Positions 53,278 to 62,957 of a DNA stretch of 64,000 nucleotides are shown here, piece after piece. The notes under the pieces are model-generated. The model made no database searches. It was not told the origin of the DNA and worked only from the letters and a program-made list of their open reading frames with translations. The position numbers and the translations under genes are program-made. The stretch's first letter is position 1, and every line of letters starts with the position of its first letter. The stretch is from Desulfovibrionaceae bacterium. Its GTDB lineage: Bacteria; Desulfobacterota; Desulfovibrionia; Desulfovibrionales; Desulfovibrionaceae. Where the stretch lies: contig JAVHLG010000006.1 of the NCBI GenBank assembly GCA_031082225.1, positions 16,467 through 80,466 of the forward strand, in the 5' to 3' direction.

Positions 53278-54538
53278 AGCAGGGGCGAAGCGAGCGGAAC
53301 AGGTCCAGCAGCCGGGCCAGATGGTCGTCCAGGGCGCCCAGGCGCAGGGCCCGTTCCCTGGCGGCCAGCCCCATGGCCGCCAGGCCCGGCCGGTCGGCCA
53401 GCAGACGGCCCAGCCTGTCCGCCAGGTCGGCCGCCGAGTCAGGGGCGAACAGCGCGCCCGTGACCCCGTCCTCCACCAGTTCGGGGATGCCGCCGATGCG
53501 TGCGGCCAGGACCGGGACGCCATGCATGGCGCTTTCCAGCACGGACAGGGGGGCGTTGTCATACCAGCGGCTGGGGGTGACGCTGACAAGGGCCCGGGAA
53601 ATCAGTCCGGACAGCTCCGCCCCCTGCACGAACCCGGCGAAGCGGACGCGCCCCTCGAACCCAGGCCGGACCAGACGCCGCAACGTATCCTCATAGCCGC
53701 CCACGCCCCGCCCGGCCAGGACCAGATCCACGTCCGGGGCCAGGGTCTGGTAGGCCTCAAGGAGCGCATCCAGCCCCTTTTCCGGACTGAGGCGTCCGAA
53801 ATAGAGGATGTAGTGCCCCTTTTCGCCCGAGGGCGCAGGAACGTCGCTCGCAACCCCCTGGCGGACGACGTGGATTTTGTGCTCCGGGAAGCCGCCCTGG
53901 ATCAGTTTTGCGCGCATGAAGTCGCAGGGGGCCACAAAGGCGTCCACCCGGTGGTAGACGCCAAGCAGCCGGTGGACATACATGGCCGCGCCGCGCACCA
54001 GGGAGGCGGGCAGGCTGCCCTTGACGCAACGCCGGACCATGCCGTTCCAATAGGCCCCGTGCAGGCAGCGCTCACAGGGCCGGTTTTTATATAATAATTG
54101 GTAGTTCAGGCACAGCAGGTGGTAGTCCCCCAGGCGCATGGCCACGGGGATGCCGCGCTCCTTGAAGGCGGCGATGACGCTTGGGGACATGTAATTGTAG
54201 ATGTTGAGGACGTAGCCGATGTCCACCTCGCCCAGGGCGTCCAGCAGGCGGTGCAGATACCGTTTGGCCTCAAAGGACCACACGGCCCGGCCCACCAGCC
54301 GGGGCAGCCTGGCCACGGCCCCAAGGCCCCGGGACAGGGTGTTGAAGTGGGTCTGGCCGGGATCGCCCGGCGGGGGCAGGAAATACGGGGCATAGGGCGA
54401 GGGGCGGCTTCCGGCGTAGGCCACGGAAAACGGCACGGCCTGGCACCCGAAGTGCGGCAGGCGCTCCAGGATGCGGAACAGATACTGTTCCGTGCCGCCG
54501 TTGACGAAAAAATACTTGTTGCAGCACACGATCCTCAT
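53276..54538 (-). CDS. Glycosyltransferase family 4
   Basis: I trimmed the start to the ATG at 54538, which has an ATGA overlap with the asnB stop (MRIVCCNKYFFVNGGTEQY). The C-terminal region reads SRWYDNAPLSVLESAMHGVPVLAARIGGIPELV. Confidence 0.85.
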   Translation of the reverse strand: MRIVCCNKYFFVNGGTEQYLFRILERLPHFGCQAVPFSVAYAGSRPSPYAPYFLPPPGDPGQTHFNTLSRGLGAVARLPRLVGRAVWSFEAKRYLHRLLDALGEVDIGYVLNIYNYMSPSVIAAFKERGIPVAMRLGDYHLLCLNYQLLYKNRPCERCLHGAYWNGMVRRCVKGSLPASLVRGAAMYVHRLLGVYHRVDAFVAPCDFMRAKLIQGGFPEHKIHVVRQGVASDVPAPSGEKGHYILYFGRLSPEKGLDALLEAYQTLAPDVDLVLAGRGVGGYEDTLRRLVRPGFEGRVRFAGFVQGAELSGLISRALVSVTPSRWYDNAPLSVLESAMHGVPVLAARIGGIPELVEDGVTGALFAPDSAADLADRLGRLLADRPGLAAMGLAARERALRLGALDDHLARLLDLFRSLRPC

Positions 54539-56541
54539 GCCGACCAATCCCCGGTCCACGTCGTTTCCCGGGGCCTGGGGCCGACCGGGGACGGGGTTTC
54601 GTCCGATCCGCCCCGGACAAGCCAGCGGGCGGCCCACATCTGAAAATTGAACAACAGCCAGATCTGCTGGGTGTAGAGCCCCTCCCCGGCGAAAAAGCGG
54701 TCCCGGAGAAGGCCCGCCTCGTCCGGGTCCAGGACGCCGACCCGGACGAGGCTCTCCCGGCCAAGGGCCTCCCGGACCAGGGGGGCGTGGGGGCCGCGCA
54801 GCCAGGCGGCCAGGGGGATGTCGAAGCCCTGCTTGGGCTGCTCGGCCAGGCCCCCCGGGACGCGGCGGCGCAGCAGGTCGCGCAGGAGGCGCTTGTCCTG
54901 CCCGTCCTTGACGAGAAACTCCATGGGCAGGCTGAAGGCCAGTTCCGCGATGCGGTGATCCAACAGCGGGTCGCGGCATTCCAGGGAGGCGGCCATGGAG
55001 GCCCGGTCCACCTTGAACAGGATGTCCTCGGGCAGCCAGGAGGCGAAGTCCCGGCGCATGAGCCAGTCGGCGAGCCCGGCGGCGTCCGTAGGCTCCGGGA
55101 CGTGAAACGGCGGAAAGGGGTCGGTCTCGGGAGGCGGCATGCCCAGCAGGCGGCTTGCGGCCTGTTCCGGAAGGCCCCGGGCGGCATAAAGATCGACCAG
55201 CCCCCGGGGATCGCGGATATCCAGGAGGTCGAGGAAACGCCCAAGCCTGGCGGCCCGGTCCGGGGACAGGGCCGTGCGGTCGGCCCCCAGCAGGCGGGCG
55301 TCGGCCAGACGCTCCCAGGGCAGGGCGCGCAACCCCCTGGCCACGGCCCGGCGCACCAGCATGGGAACGGGCCGCAGGGCGTAAAAAAGCCCCGGATAGC
55401 GCCGGTAGCCGGTATAGCCGCAGAACTGCTCATCCCCGCCGTCTGCCGACAGGGCCACCTTGACGTGCTCCCGGGCGAACCGGGACAGGATGGCCGTGGG
55501 GATGCCCGAGGCGTCCCCAAAGGGTTCGTCAAAGACCTCGCAGAAGTCGAGCAGGGCCTGCCGGGCCGTCTCCGGGGTCACGCGCAGCACCTTGTGGGCC
55601 ACCCCCAGGCTTTTGGCCAGGGCCTCGGCCTTGGCCGTCTCGTCGTGGCGGGGTTCGGCGAAGCCGATGGTGAAGTGGGTGACGTCCGCGCCCACGTCCT
55701 TTCGCAGCACGGCCGAGACCAGGGAGGAGTCCACCCCGCCTGAGAGGAACATGCCCACGGGCACGTCGGACACCAGACGCAGGGCAAAGGCGTCGCGGCA
55801 CAGGGCCCCCAGTTCCTCCCGGGCCTGGGCGTAGGTTCCTTGGTAGGAGCCCCGGGCGGCGGCGCTGATGTCGAAGTACCGGGTCTCCCGGTATGATCCG
55901 TCGGCCCGGATCGTGGCCAGGGTGCCGGGAGGGAGCTTTTTGACGCTGCGAAACACCGTGTCCGGGCCCTCGAAATAGCCGGTACGGAAATGGCGGAACA
56001 GGGCCCGGCGGTCGATGTCCGGGGCGAAGTCCGGACGGGCCAGGAAGGCGCGCATCTCCGAACCGAACAGGCAGGCCCCGGGGGTGCGGCTGACGTACAG
56101 GGGCTTGACCCCCACCCGGTCCCGGCAAAGAGAGAGGGTTTTTTCCCGGAAATCCCACCAGGCCAGGGCGAACATGCCCAGGAAACGGGACACGGCCTGC
56201 GCAGGCCCGAAGACGGCGGCGGCGTTGACCGCCACCTCCGTGTCCGAGCCGCCCCGGAAGACCACCCCCCGGGCCTCCAGGTCGCGGCGGATGTCCTGGT
56301 GGTTGTAGATCTCGCCGTTGAAGACGATGGCGAAGCGGCCGTCGGCGCTGACCATGGGCTGGCGGCCCAGGGGGGAAAGATCGATGATGGACAGGCGGCG
56401 ATGCCCCAGGCCCAGGGGGCCGTCGAGTAGGATTCCGGCGTCGTCCGGGCCGCGATGGCGCAGGGAGTCGCGCATGGCCAGGAGGTCGCCCTCCCGGACC
56501 TCACGCCCGTCCAGGCGCAGTTCTCCGCAGATGCCGCACAT
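54535..56541 (-). CDS. asnB: Asparagine synthase (glutamine-hydrolysing), polysaccharide-locus type
   Basis: The N-terminal nucleophile is MCGI. Other motifs are HRGPDD, FNGEIYN and the PP-loop LSGGVDSS. Confidence 0.9.
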   Translation of the reverse strand: MCGICGELRLDGREVREGDLLAMRDSLRHRGPDDAGILLDGPLGLGHRRLSIIDLSPLGRQPMVSADGRFAIVFNGEIYNHQDIRRDLEARGVVFRGGSDTEVAVNAAAVFGPAQAVSRFLGMFALAWWDFREKTLSLCRDRVGVKPLYVSRTPGACLFGSEMRAFLARPDFAPDIDRRALFRHFRTGYFEGPDTVFRSVKKLPPGTLATIRADGSYRETRYFDISAAARGSYQGTYAQAREELGALCRDAFALRLVSDVPVGMFLSGGVDSSLVSAVLRKDVGADVTHFTIGFAEPRHDETAKAEALAKSLGVAHKVLRVTPETARQALLDFCEVFDEPFGDASGIPTAILSRFAREHVKVALSADGGDEQFCGYTGYRRYPGLFYALRPVPMLVRRAVARGLRALPWERLADARLLGADRTALSPDRAARLGRFLDLLDIRDPRGLVDLYAARGLPEQAASRLLGMPPPETDPFPPFHVPEPTDAAGLADWLMRRDFASWLPEDILFKVDRASMAASLECRDPLLDHRIAELAFSLPMEFLVKDGQDKRLLRDLLRRRVPGGLAEQPKQGFDIPLAAWLRGPHAPLVREALGRESLVRVGVLDPDEAGLLRDRFFAGEGLYTQQIWLLFNFQMWAARWLVRGGSDETPSPVGPRPRETTWTGDWSA

Positions 56542-56897
56542 GACGCCTCCGGGGCAGGCCTGTACTGCGGCCTGGTTGCTTTGTACCTGCCTGTACCATC
56601 ATCCTCGGGGCAATGAAATCCCCGCCCGGTCCCTGCCGGTGACGCCCTGCCCCGCCGCTTCTCGTGGTACGTCCGGTCCTTCCCGTCATGGTGCAGCAGC
56701 CAGCAACACCCTGAATTTATGATTTTTATTCAAAAAATACATGTATTTTTCGTGAGCGCCACACGAGCCGCGCCGGGCCTGCGGCCGTATCGAACTGCCG
56801 GAGGGGAAAGGAGAAAGGCTGCCGCGAAAAGTTCCATTGACTTCTGCATCAAACAAAATATGTTTCTCCCCATTCACATGAAAACATGGAGATCAAC

Positions 56898-57215
56898 ATG
56901 CCCCGCGCCACCAAATTCGATGCCGTAAAACTGCGCAGCCTCATTCAGGAAGGAAAAACGGCGCAGCAGATCATGGATGCCTTCGGAGTGAAAAAACCGA
57001 TTCTCAAAGGCTACCTGACCAAGCTGATGAGCCTTGACGAAAAATTTTACAAGATCCCCGGGCTGGAAGGACGCACCGTTTCCGGGAATCTCAGGTTCAC
57101 CAAGCTCGGCCTGCGTCTGAGCCCCACCATGCTGGCGAACTACGGCTTTTCCATTGACGACGAGTTTCGGTGCTCCTGCCAGGAAGACGGCAAGATCCTC
57201 CTGGAAAAAATCTAG
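56898..57215 (+). CDS. Small hypothetical protein
   Basis: I prefer the ATG at 56898, which has a GGAG 6 nt upstream. The track start is at 56886. The 105-aa product has an HTH-like N-terminal part (GKTAQQIMDAFGVKKPILKGYL). No family is recognised. Confidence 0.45.
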   Translation: MPRATKFDAVKLRSLIQEGKTAQQIMDAFGVKKPILKGYLTKLMSLDEKFYKIPGLEGRTVSGNLRFTKLGLRLSPTMLANYGFSIDDEFRCSCQEDGKILLEKI

Positions 57216-57333
57216 CCGTCCCCCTCGGAAACCCCGCGGCGGCTGCGCCCATGCCCAGGGCCTGCCCATGGCGCGCCCCCGGGCGCGTCCGGCATTTCCT
57301 GTCCGCCCCGAACTGCCACCACGCCCCACTCTC

Positions 57334-57386
57334 CGGGCACGTCTTGCGTCCTCCCCGGCGACAGCCCAGGACGAGGGACGTGCCCG
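57334..57386. other. Large GC-rich hairpin between convergent genes
   Basis: The outer stem is CGGGCACGTC / GACGTGCCCG (10 bp) and the inner stem is CGTCCT / AGGACG (6 bp), with a 15-nt loop. There is no T-tract on either strand. Confidence 0.4.
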
Positions 57387-57630
57387 GTTGCATCCAGGGA
57401 GGCGCCGCCTTCCGCAGAGGGACCGGCGCTCCATGACGGTTGTGGCCGCCAAAAACCGGCGGAAAAACATGGTGTTCGCCAGGACGCAATACATCCTTCG
57501 GTGTGGCGCTTCACATTCGTGTTCTGCGCCACAAACAGGCTTGTCCTTCGATTGGCCAAAAGCCGTGTTTTGAGCCAGTGCCTGGTCGCCAGGACCGCAC
57601 TCTATGCCTCGCAATTTGCAAAACGCGACA

Positions 57631-59016
57631 CTAGCGGCTGTCCATCCTGGCCAGAACGGCCGACGTGACATCCTCGACCCCGAGACGTTTCACCTGGGCG
57701 TACCCACCCGTGTTGGCCATGCTCAAAAAGGCCTCGACGGTCTTGCTGTTGACGTAGGAAAGCGCCTCAAGACGCAGCCTGCCGGTTTTCGCGAATTCCG
57801 CCAGGGCCGACACGCTGAGGACCACGTCAAAGTCGTTCTCCATGGCATAGGCGTCCGTCTCGGCCATGATGGCCTCCACGAGGGGCTTGACCTCGGCCAG
57901 GATGCGCGCGTCCCTGTCCGGGCTGTTTCGCTGGCCTGCCAGTCGTTCCCTGGCCTTTTTCCCGGCCCGGGACTCTCTGGCCACGGCTTCGGTGTCGATG
58001 GAGCCGATCTTAAACGACGACGGCGCGGCGGGTGTCCGCACTGGCGCGGCGACCTGCGGCCGCTGTCCCCCGGCGTCCCCCATGCCGTCCCTTTCCGTGC
58101 CGACCGGCGTTCTGTGCTCGGTAAGCGTTCTATTCGTCACGGCGTCATCAGGGAGAGAAAGCATCTCCTTTCTGATTTCCTTGATGAGACGCATCCTTGC
58201 CGACTGGTCGAGATTCGGCGTGACCAACGAGACGAACTTGAAGGTCTCCTGGTCGTCATAGCCGGCCATGATCGAATAATAGGCCACGAACACCGCGCGG
58301 GCGTACAACTCGGCTTTTTCCTTTGCCGGCGGCTTGGCCGTGGCCTCGTCGAGCTGCGCCACCAGACGTTTCTTGTATTCAAGGGCAAGCTCTCCGGGCT
58401 TGGCGGCAACCCATTGTCCATTCTTGAAAAAGATGAGGATATCGGGTCGCGGGGTGCACGCCGCGCACCATCCGGAAAAATGCGGATCGACCTTCTCCAT
58501 GCCGAGCGTGCTGGCCGACATCCCCTGCGGTATCGGTCTGCCGGTCTCCATGTCTTTCTTGTCGATCCCCCCGCCGCTCATAAAATTGAAACTGGCCACG
58601 GAGAGACCCGTGTCCGATTTCGTCACAAAATAATCCACGGTGCAGCATGTGCCGCCCCCGGTGAAGAGCGGCATCCACAACGTCGTCATGCCCTTTTGCG
58701 GATAATCGGAGACGACGAGCGCCTCTTTGAGGCTGTCAGCCTCGCCGAACATCGGGATTCCGACCTCCTGAGAGATGATCTCTTTTTTATTGTAATACCC
58801 CTTCACAAACTCCTTCGTCTCTTTTATCTCGACACCGTAAAACACTATTTTCTTTTTTGAATACGAAATATCCTGATTTTTCCCTTTTGCATACTGAGAG
58901 ATAGGAACAATTGATGCGGCATCTGCCGATCTGTGCAACCATACCGATGACAGAAGCAAGACGAAAATGACCATGCCTATCGTTTTCACAAAACGTCTCT
59001 TCGCTGTATTTCTCAT
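57631..59016 (-). CDS. Secreted hypothetical protein
   Basis: I trimmed the start to the ATG at 59016 (MRNTAKRRFVKTIGMVIFVLLLSSVWLHRSADA signal). No family is recognised with confidence. Confidence 0.5.
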   Translation of the reverse strand: MRNTAKRRFVKTIGMVIFVLLLSSVWLHRSADAASIVPISQYAKGKNQDISYSKKKIVFYGVEIKETKEFVKGYYNKKEIISQEVGIPMFGEADSLKEALVVSDYPQKGMTTLWMPLFTGGGTCCTVDYFVTKSDTGLSVASFNFMSGGGIDKKDMETGRPIPQGMSASTLGMEKVDPHFSGWCAACTPRPDILIFFKNGQWVAAKPGELALEYKKRLVAQLDEATAKPPAKEKAELYARAVFVAYYSIMAGYDDQETFKFVSLVTPNLDQSARMRLIKEIRKEMLSLPDDAVTNRTLTEHRTPVGTERDGMGDAGGQRPQVAAPVRTPAAPSSFKIGSIDTEAVARESRAGKKARERLAGQRNSPDRDARILAEVKPLVEAIMAETDAYAMENDFDVVLSVSALAEFAKTGRLRLEALSYVNSKTVEAFLSMANTGGYAQVKRLGVEDVTSAVLARMDSR

Positions 59017-59710
59017 GACATCCTCATTGTTGTGTCCCGCCAGGCATTCCACATCAGATCCACAGCATCCACGAAAACAGGTTCCGTATCGACTCCACCC
59101 ATGCGCTTTTCGTCTCAAAAAATTTCCATCCCCGCAAGAGCGGAAACAGGCCCCGCATCGCTACAAAACCGCCCATGCCTTGCCATCCATGGCCCGTATC
59201 GCCTCGACCGTGTCAAGAAAACGCGTCTCAACCGCTGCCATGATCCCTTCTTTCATATCCCGCGATACGCATATTCCATGAAGGCCTCCTCGCGGGCCGA
59301 TGCATGAGGACAAACAACATCCATGCCCCAGGCCGATTGCGCAGCCATGCCCCCTTAGGCGACATGCCGACCATCGCCTGCCGCGCCCCGTGGCGGACAC
59401 ATCGGACCGCCGGAGACGCAACCGGGTCGCCGCGCCCCCGGGCATGCGGCATACGATGAATAACGGACGTTGTATACAGCCCAAGGCGGAGACGGTGGCT
59501 TTTGCGCAGGAGGGTGCGGCATGCGATGAAGAATTGAACGATGGAGATCGCGAACGCAGACCATGCGCCGCGAGCACCGCCTGGGTTCCGCGCCGACTGG
59601 TCCCAAGGCCGCACAAAGCCGCACGCCTGGCCTGTCGCGGCCCGGGGGGCCGGGCGCGGACGAGCGACCCGCCGGATTTCCCTAAAAAAAGAGCCTTCGC
59701 GAAACTATCG

Positions 59711-61051
59711 CTACAGCAGGCATTGCAGCCCGCCCATGCACCACAGGCAGTGACCGCAGGGCACTGTGCCGCCCAGGCAGTCGGCCTCGAAGGGGGAGAC
59801 GTCGCCGATGATGTCGTCGCAGGGAACCAGGGCGCAGTTGGCGCAATACGGAGAGGCGTATTCCAGGACATCGCGGCGGAACTCCGCATAGGCCGGAGAC
59901 GCCCACACGGCGTCAAGCGGTTCGGATCCCAGATTCCCGAAGGTCACGGGGCGGATATGCTTTTGCACCCCGTCCATGTGGCAGGCATAGCGATGCCAGA
60001 GGAACTGGCACGGACTGACGTCGCCCCGGGCGGTCACACAGGCCGCCCCATCCTCGATGAAATGGCAGCGTCGGGCGTCCTCGGCCTGAAGCGGCGGCAG
60101 GCGCAGTTCCAGGCCGCCTTCCCGGGCGACCGCCCGGGCCTCGGCAAAAAGGTTCGCAAGCCGACCCCCATCCCGCCGGTTGCGCCGGTCCCAGTCGAGC
60201 AGGTTGCGCAGATGCAGCCAGACGCCCTGGCCGTGGGCATCCTCGTGCATGCGCCGGACAAGCTCCGTGAGGCGCTTTTGGCCGTCCGTCCGGTGATACG
60301 TGGTCAGAAACGACAGGCTGTCGTGGATATCCAGCCCCTCCTGCGCCGCCCTGGCCTTCCATTTTTGAAAAACCGCCGTGGCCTTCACCGTGTTCGGATT
60401 GAACAGGGACTGGCCCTGCATGGCCGCATCATAGGCCAGCACATGGGAGACGATGGCGAAGACCGCGCCCCGCTCTCCGGCCCAGCGGACCACGGCGGGC
60501 AACTGAGGCGCGGTGTCGGCCATGAGCACGAATTCCACCCCGAGCCGCAAGGGCCGGGGCGACCGGGCAAAGGCCCGGTGCAGCATGTCGCAGGTCCGGG
60601 CCAGACGATCCGTCTCCCCCTGGCCGTGCAGCACCCCGCCCGGGGCCGCGTGGTCCAGGGTGTCCACGGACAGGCAGATGGTGTCCACCCCGGCGGCCGA
60701 CAGGCGACGGGCCAGTTCCGGCGTCAGCAGCAGGCCGTTGGTCTGAAAGCCCAGCATGGACGTATCCGGCATCCTGGCCCGGGCAAAGGCCGCCATGCCC
60801 GGCAGGTCGGGATGCAGAAGCGGTTCGCCGATGCCGCTTAAGACCAGGGCCTCGCATGTGGGCAGGGCCGGGGCGATGTTCCTGAAGACGTCCAGGGGCA
60901 GATCCCCCTCGGGGATGGCGCATCCCGCCGCGCTTTTGACGCACATGGCGCAGCGCAGGTTGCAGCGGGTGGTGACCTCCACCTGGATCTTGGCCGGAAA
61001 CGGGCGCAGGACGGCCCGGCCGACAACGCTCTCCCCCATCTGTCCGGTCAT
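59711..61051 (-). CDS. Radical SAM / SPASM-domain protein
   Basis: The start ATG at 61051 overlaps the acr3 stop (ATGA). The radical SAM cluster is in [14 protein letters not shown]. The Cys-rich C-terminus is [20 protein letters not shown]...[10 protein letters not shown]...[13 protein letters not shown]. Confidence 0.8.
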   Translation of the reverse strand: MTGQMGESVVGRAVLRPFPAKIQVEVTTRCNLRCAMCVKSAAGCAIPEGDLPLDVFRNIAPALPTCEALVLSGIGEPLLHPDLPGMAAFARARMPDTSMLGFQTNGLLLTPELARRLSAAGVDTICLSVDTLDHAAPGGVLHGQGETDRLARTCDMLHRAFARSPRPLRLGVEFVLMADTAPQLPAVVRWAGERGAVFAIVSHVLAYDAAMQGQSLFNPNTVKATAVFQKWKARAAQEGLDIHDSLSFLTTYHRTDGQKRLTELVRRMHEDAHGQGVWLHLRNLLDWDRRNRRDGGRLANLFAEARAVAREGGLELRLPPLQAEDARRCHFIEDGAACVTARGDVSPCQFLWHRYACHMDGVQKHIRPVTFGNLGSEPLDAVWASPAYAEFRRDVLEYASPYCANCALVPCDDIIGDVSPFEADCLGGTVPCGHCLWCMGGLQCLL

Positions 61052-62154
61052 CGGGCCCCCGGCGCAGGTTTGCAGCGTACGTGGCACACCCCGCCCGGGG
61101 TCTGCACGACATGGGGGAAAAAGCGCCGCTTGAAATACAGGGCCACATTGACCAGGGCGATCAGCACCGGAACCTCCACCAGGGGCCCGATGACCGCGGC
61201 GAAGGCCTCGCCGGAGTTGATGCCGAAGACCGCGATGGCCACGGCGATGGCCAGCTCGAAGTTGTTGGAGGCCGCGGTGAAGCTCAGGGTCGTGGCCTGC
61301 TCGTAGGTGGCCCCGGCCCTATGCGACATGAAAAAGGACGCCAGGAACATGACCAGGAAATAGATGGTCAGCGGAATGGCGATGCGGATGACGTCAAAAG
61401 GCAGTTGCACCACCTTCTCGCCCTTGAGGGAGAACATGACCAGGATGGTGAACAGGAGAAACACCAGGGTCAGAGGGCTGATCTTCGGGATGAACACCCG
61501 CTCGTACCAGTCCTTTCCCTTGACCTTAAGCCCCACGAACCGGGTCAGCATGCCCGCCAGGAAGGGGATGCCCAGATAGATGAACACGCTTTCCGCGATC
61601 TGGCCCATGGAGATGTCCACCACCACGCCCGACAGCCCGAACCACCCCGGCAGGACGGTGATGAACAGGTAGGCGTAGGCCGAGAAAAAAAGCACCTGGA
61701 AGATGGAATTGAAGGCCACCAGCCCGGCGCAGTATTCGCAGTCGCCCTTGGCCAGGTCGTTCCAGACGATGACCATGGCGATGCACCGGGCCAGGCCGAT
61801 GAGGATAAGCCCCACCATGTATTCATGGTATCCGGACAAAAAGGCCACGGCCAGCCCGAACATGAGCACCGGCCCGACGATCCAGTTCTGGACAAGGGAC
61901 AGGGCCAGCACCTTGACGTTGCGGAAGACCTGGCCCAGTTCCTCGTATTTCACCTTGGCCAGGGGCGGATACATCATGAGGATGAGCCCGATGGCGATGG
62001 GAATGTTGGTCGTGCCCACCTGAAAGGCGTCGATGACGTCTTTTATGCCGGGAAAAAAGTAGCCGCCGCCCACGCCCAGGCCCATGGCCAGAAAGATCCA
62101 CACCGTCAGATACCTGTCCAGAAAGGACAGCCTTTTTATTACGGAATCAGACAT
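61048..62154 (-). CDS. acr3: ACR3-family arsenite efflux transporter
   Basis: I trimmed the start to the ATG at 62154. [28 protein letters not shown]...[19 protein letters not shown] is the canonical ACR3 N-terminus. Confidence 0.9.
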   Translation of the reverse strand: MSDSVIKRLSFLDRYLTVWIFLAMGLGVGGGYFFPGIKDVIDAFQVGTTNIPIAIGLILMMYPPLAKVKYEELGQVFRNVKVLALSLVQNWIVGPVLMFGLAVAFLSGYHEYMVGLILIGLARCIAMVIVWNDLAKGDCEYCAGLVAFNSIFQVLFFSAYAYLFITVLPGWFGLSGVVVDISMGQIAESVFIYLGIPFLAGMLTRFVGLKVKGKDWYERVFIPKISPLTLVFLLFTILVMFSLKGEKVVQLPFDVIRIAIPLTIYFLVMFLASFFMSHRAGATYEQATTLSFTAASNNFELAIAVAIAVFGINSGEAFAAVIGPLVEVPVLIALVNVALYFKRRFFPHVVQTPGGVCHVRCKPAPGAR

Positions 62155-62183
62155 GATCCGTCTCCTTGCCCCATGGTCTTTGG

Positions 62184-62531
62184 TTAGTCGCACGCCGCGT
62201 CGGTCTTGGCCTTGAGATGCCCGCACAACCGGGCCTGGTCCTCCCGGGCCGTGGCCAGGCCGGGCAGGGTCTCCCGCAACGCCGCCAGCACCCGGGCCTG
62301 GACAGGGTCAGCCGGTTCGGCCAGACGGTAATACACCCACTTGCCCTTGCGCGTGCCGGATATCCAGCCGGACTTGTCCAGATAGGCCAGATGCCGCGAC
62401 ACCAACGATTGCGGCAAATCCAGGGCCGCCATCACGTCGCAGACGCACAACTCGCCGTCCTCCAAAAGCCTCAGGATGCGCAGCCGGGTCGGGTCGGACA
62501 GGGCCTTGAGGCGTTTCGCGATGTCAATCAT
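62184..62531 (-). CDS. arsR: ArsR-family arsenic-responsive repressor
   Basis: [26 protein letters not shown] carries the ELCVCD As(III)-binding motif. A wHTH follows ([14 protein letters not shown]). Confidence 0.9.
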   Translation of the reverse strand: MIDIAKRLKALSDPTRLRILRLLEDGELCVCDVMAALDLPQSLVSRHLAYLDKSGWISGTRKGKWVYYRLAEPADPVQARVLAALRETLPGLATAREDQARLCGHLKAKTDAACD

Positions 62532-62541
62532 GGCTTGATTG

Positions 62542-62559
62542 TATTCGCATATGCGAATA
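62542..62559. promoter_or_regulatory. Perfect 18-bp palindrome TATTCGCATATGCGAATA, a probable ArsR operator
   Basis: It lies 11 nt upstream of the arsR start codon. ArsR/SmtB repressors bind inverted repeats that overlap their own promoters. Confidence 0.5.
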
Positions 62560-62957
62560 TGTCAACCAGAATCTGCCCGCCTGTCGGGCTCGACAGGCGC
62601 ATCAGGCCGGGCGCCATGGCGGCAATGAGCCTGTCCAGCGACTGGCCGGACGCAAGATGCATATCATCCCTTTGAACGCACCACGTCGCGATCCGGGGGC
62701 CTGAGACATTTTTCCCCTCAGGCATGAAATGGATGGAGGAAGACATGGTTCCCTAAAAACTGTTCGCGGGGCAGGCTCCAATACGCGCCCCAGCAGCACG
62801 GCGAACGCTGCGCCGCACCGTTCCCCCATCTCATTTGGGCATTGACAAAACGACACGGATTTTCAAAAAAGGCCAATCGATTTTTTTCGCGATTCCAAAG
62901 ACATTGCATATCGCAAAACTCGACTTTTTTCGCAGCCCCACACCCCAGGGAGGACGC

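Noticed and set aside
59017-59710. A possible gene in the ~700-bp gap between the radical SAM gene and the secreted-protein gene. Candidates are 59161-59916(-), 58967-59281(+), 59032-59307(+), and a 31-codon ORF, MKEGIMAAVETRFLDTVEAIRAMDGKAWAVL.
   Set aside because: None has a convincing start context or a recognisable motif. The long candidates overlap the radical SAM gene or have biased composition. I left the gap unannotated.
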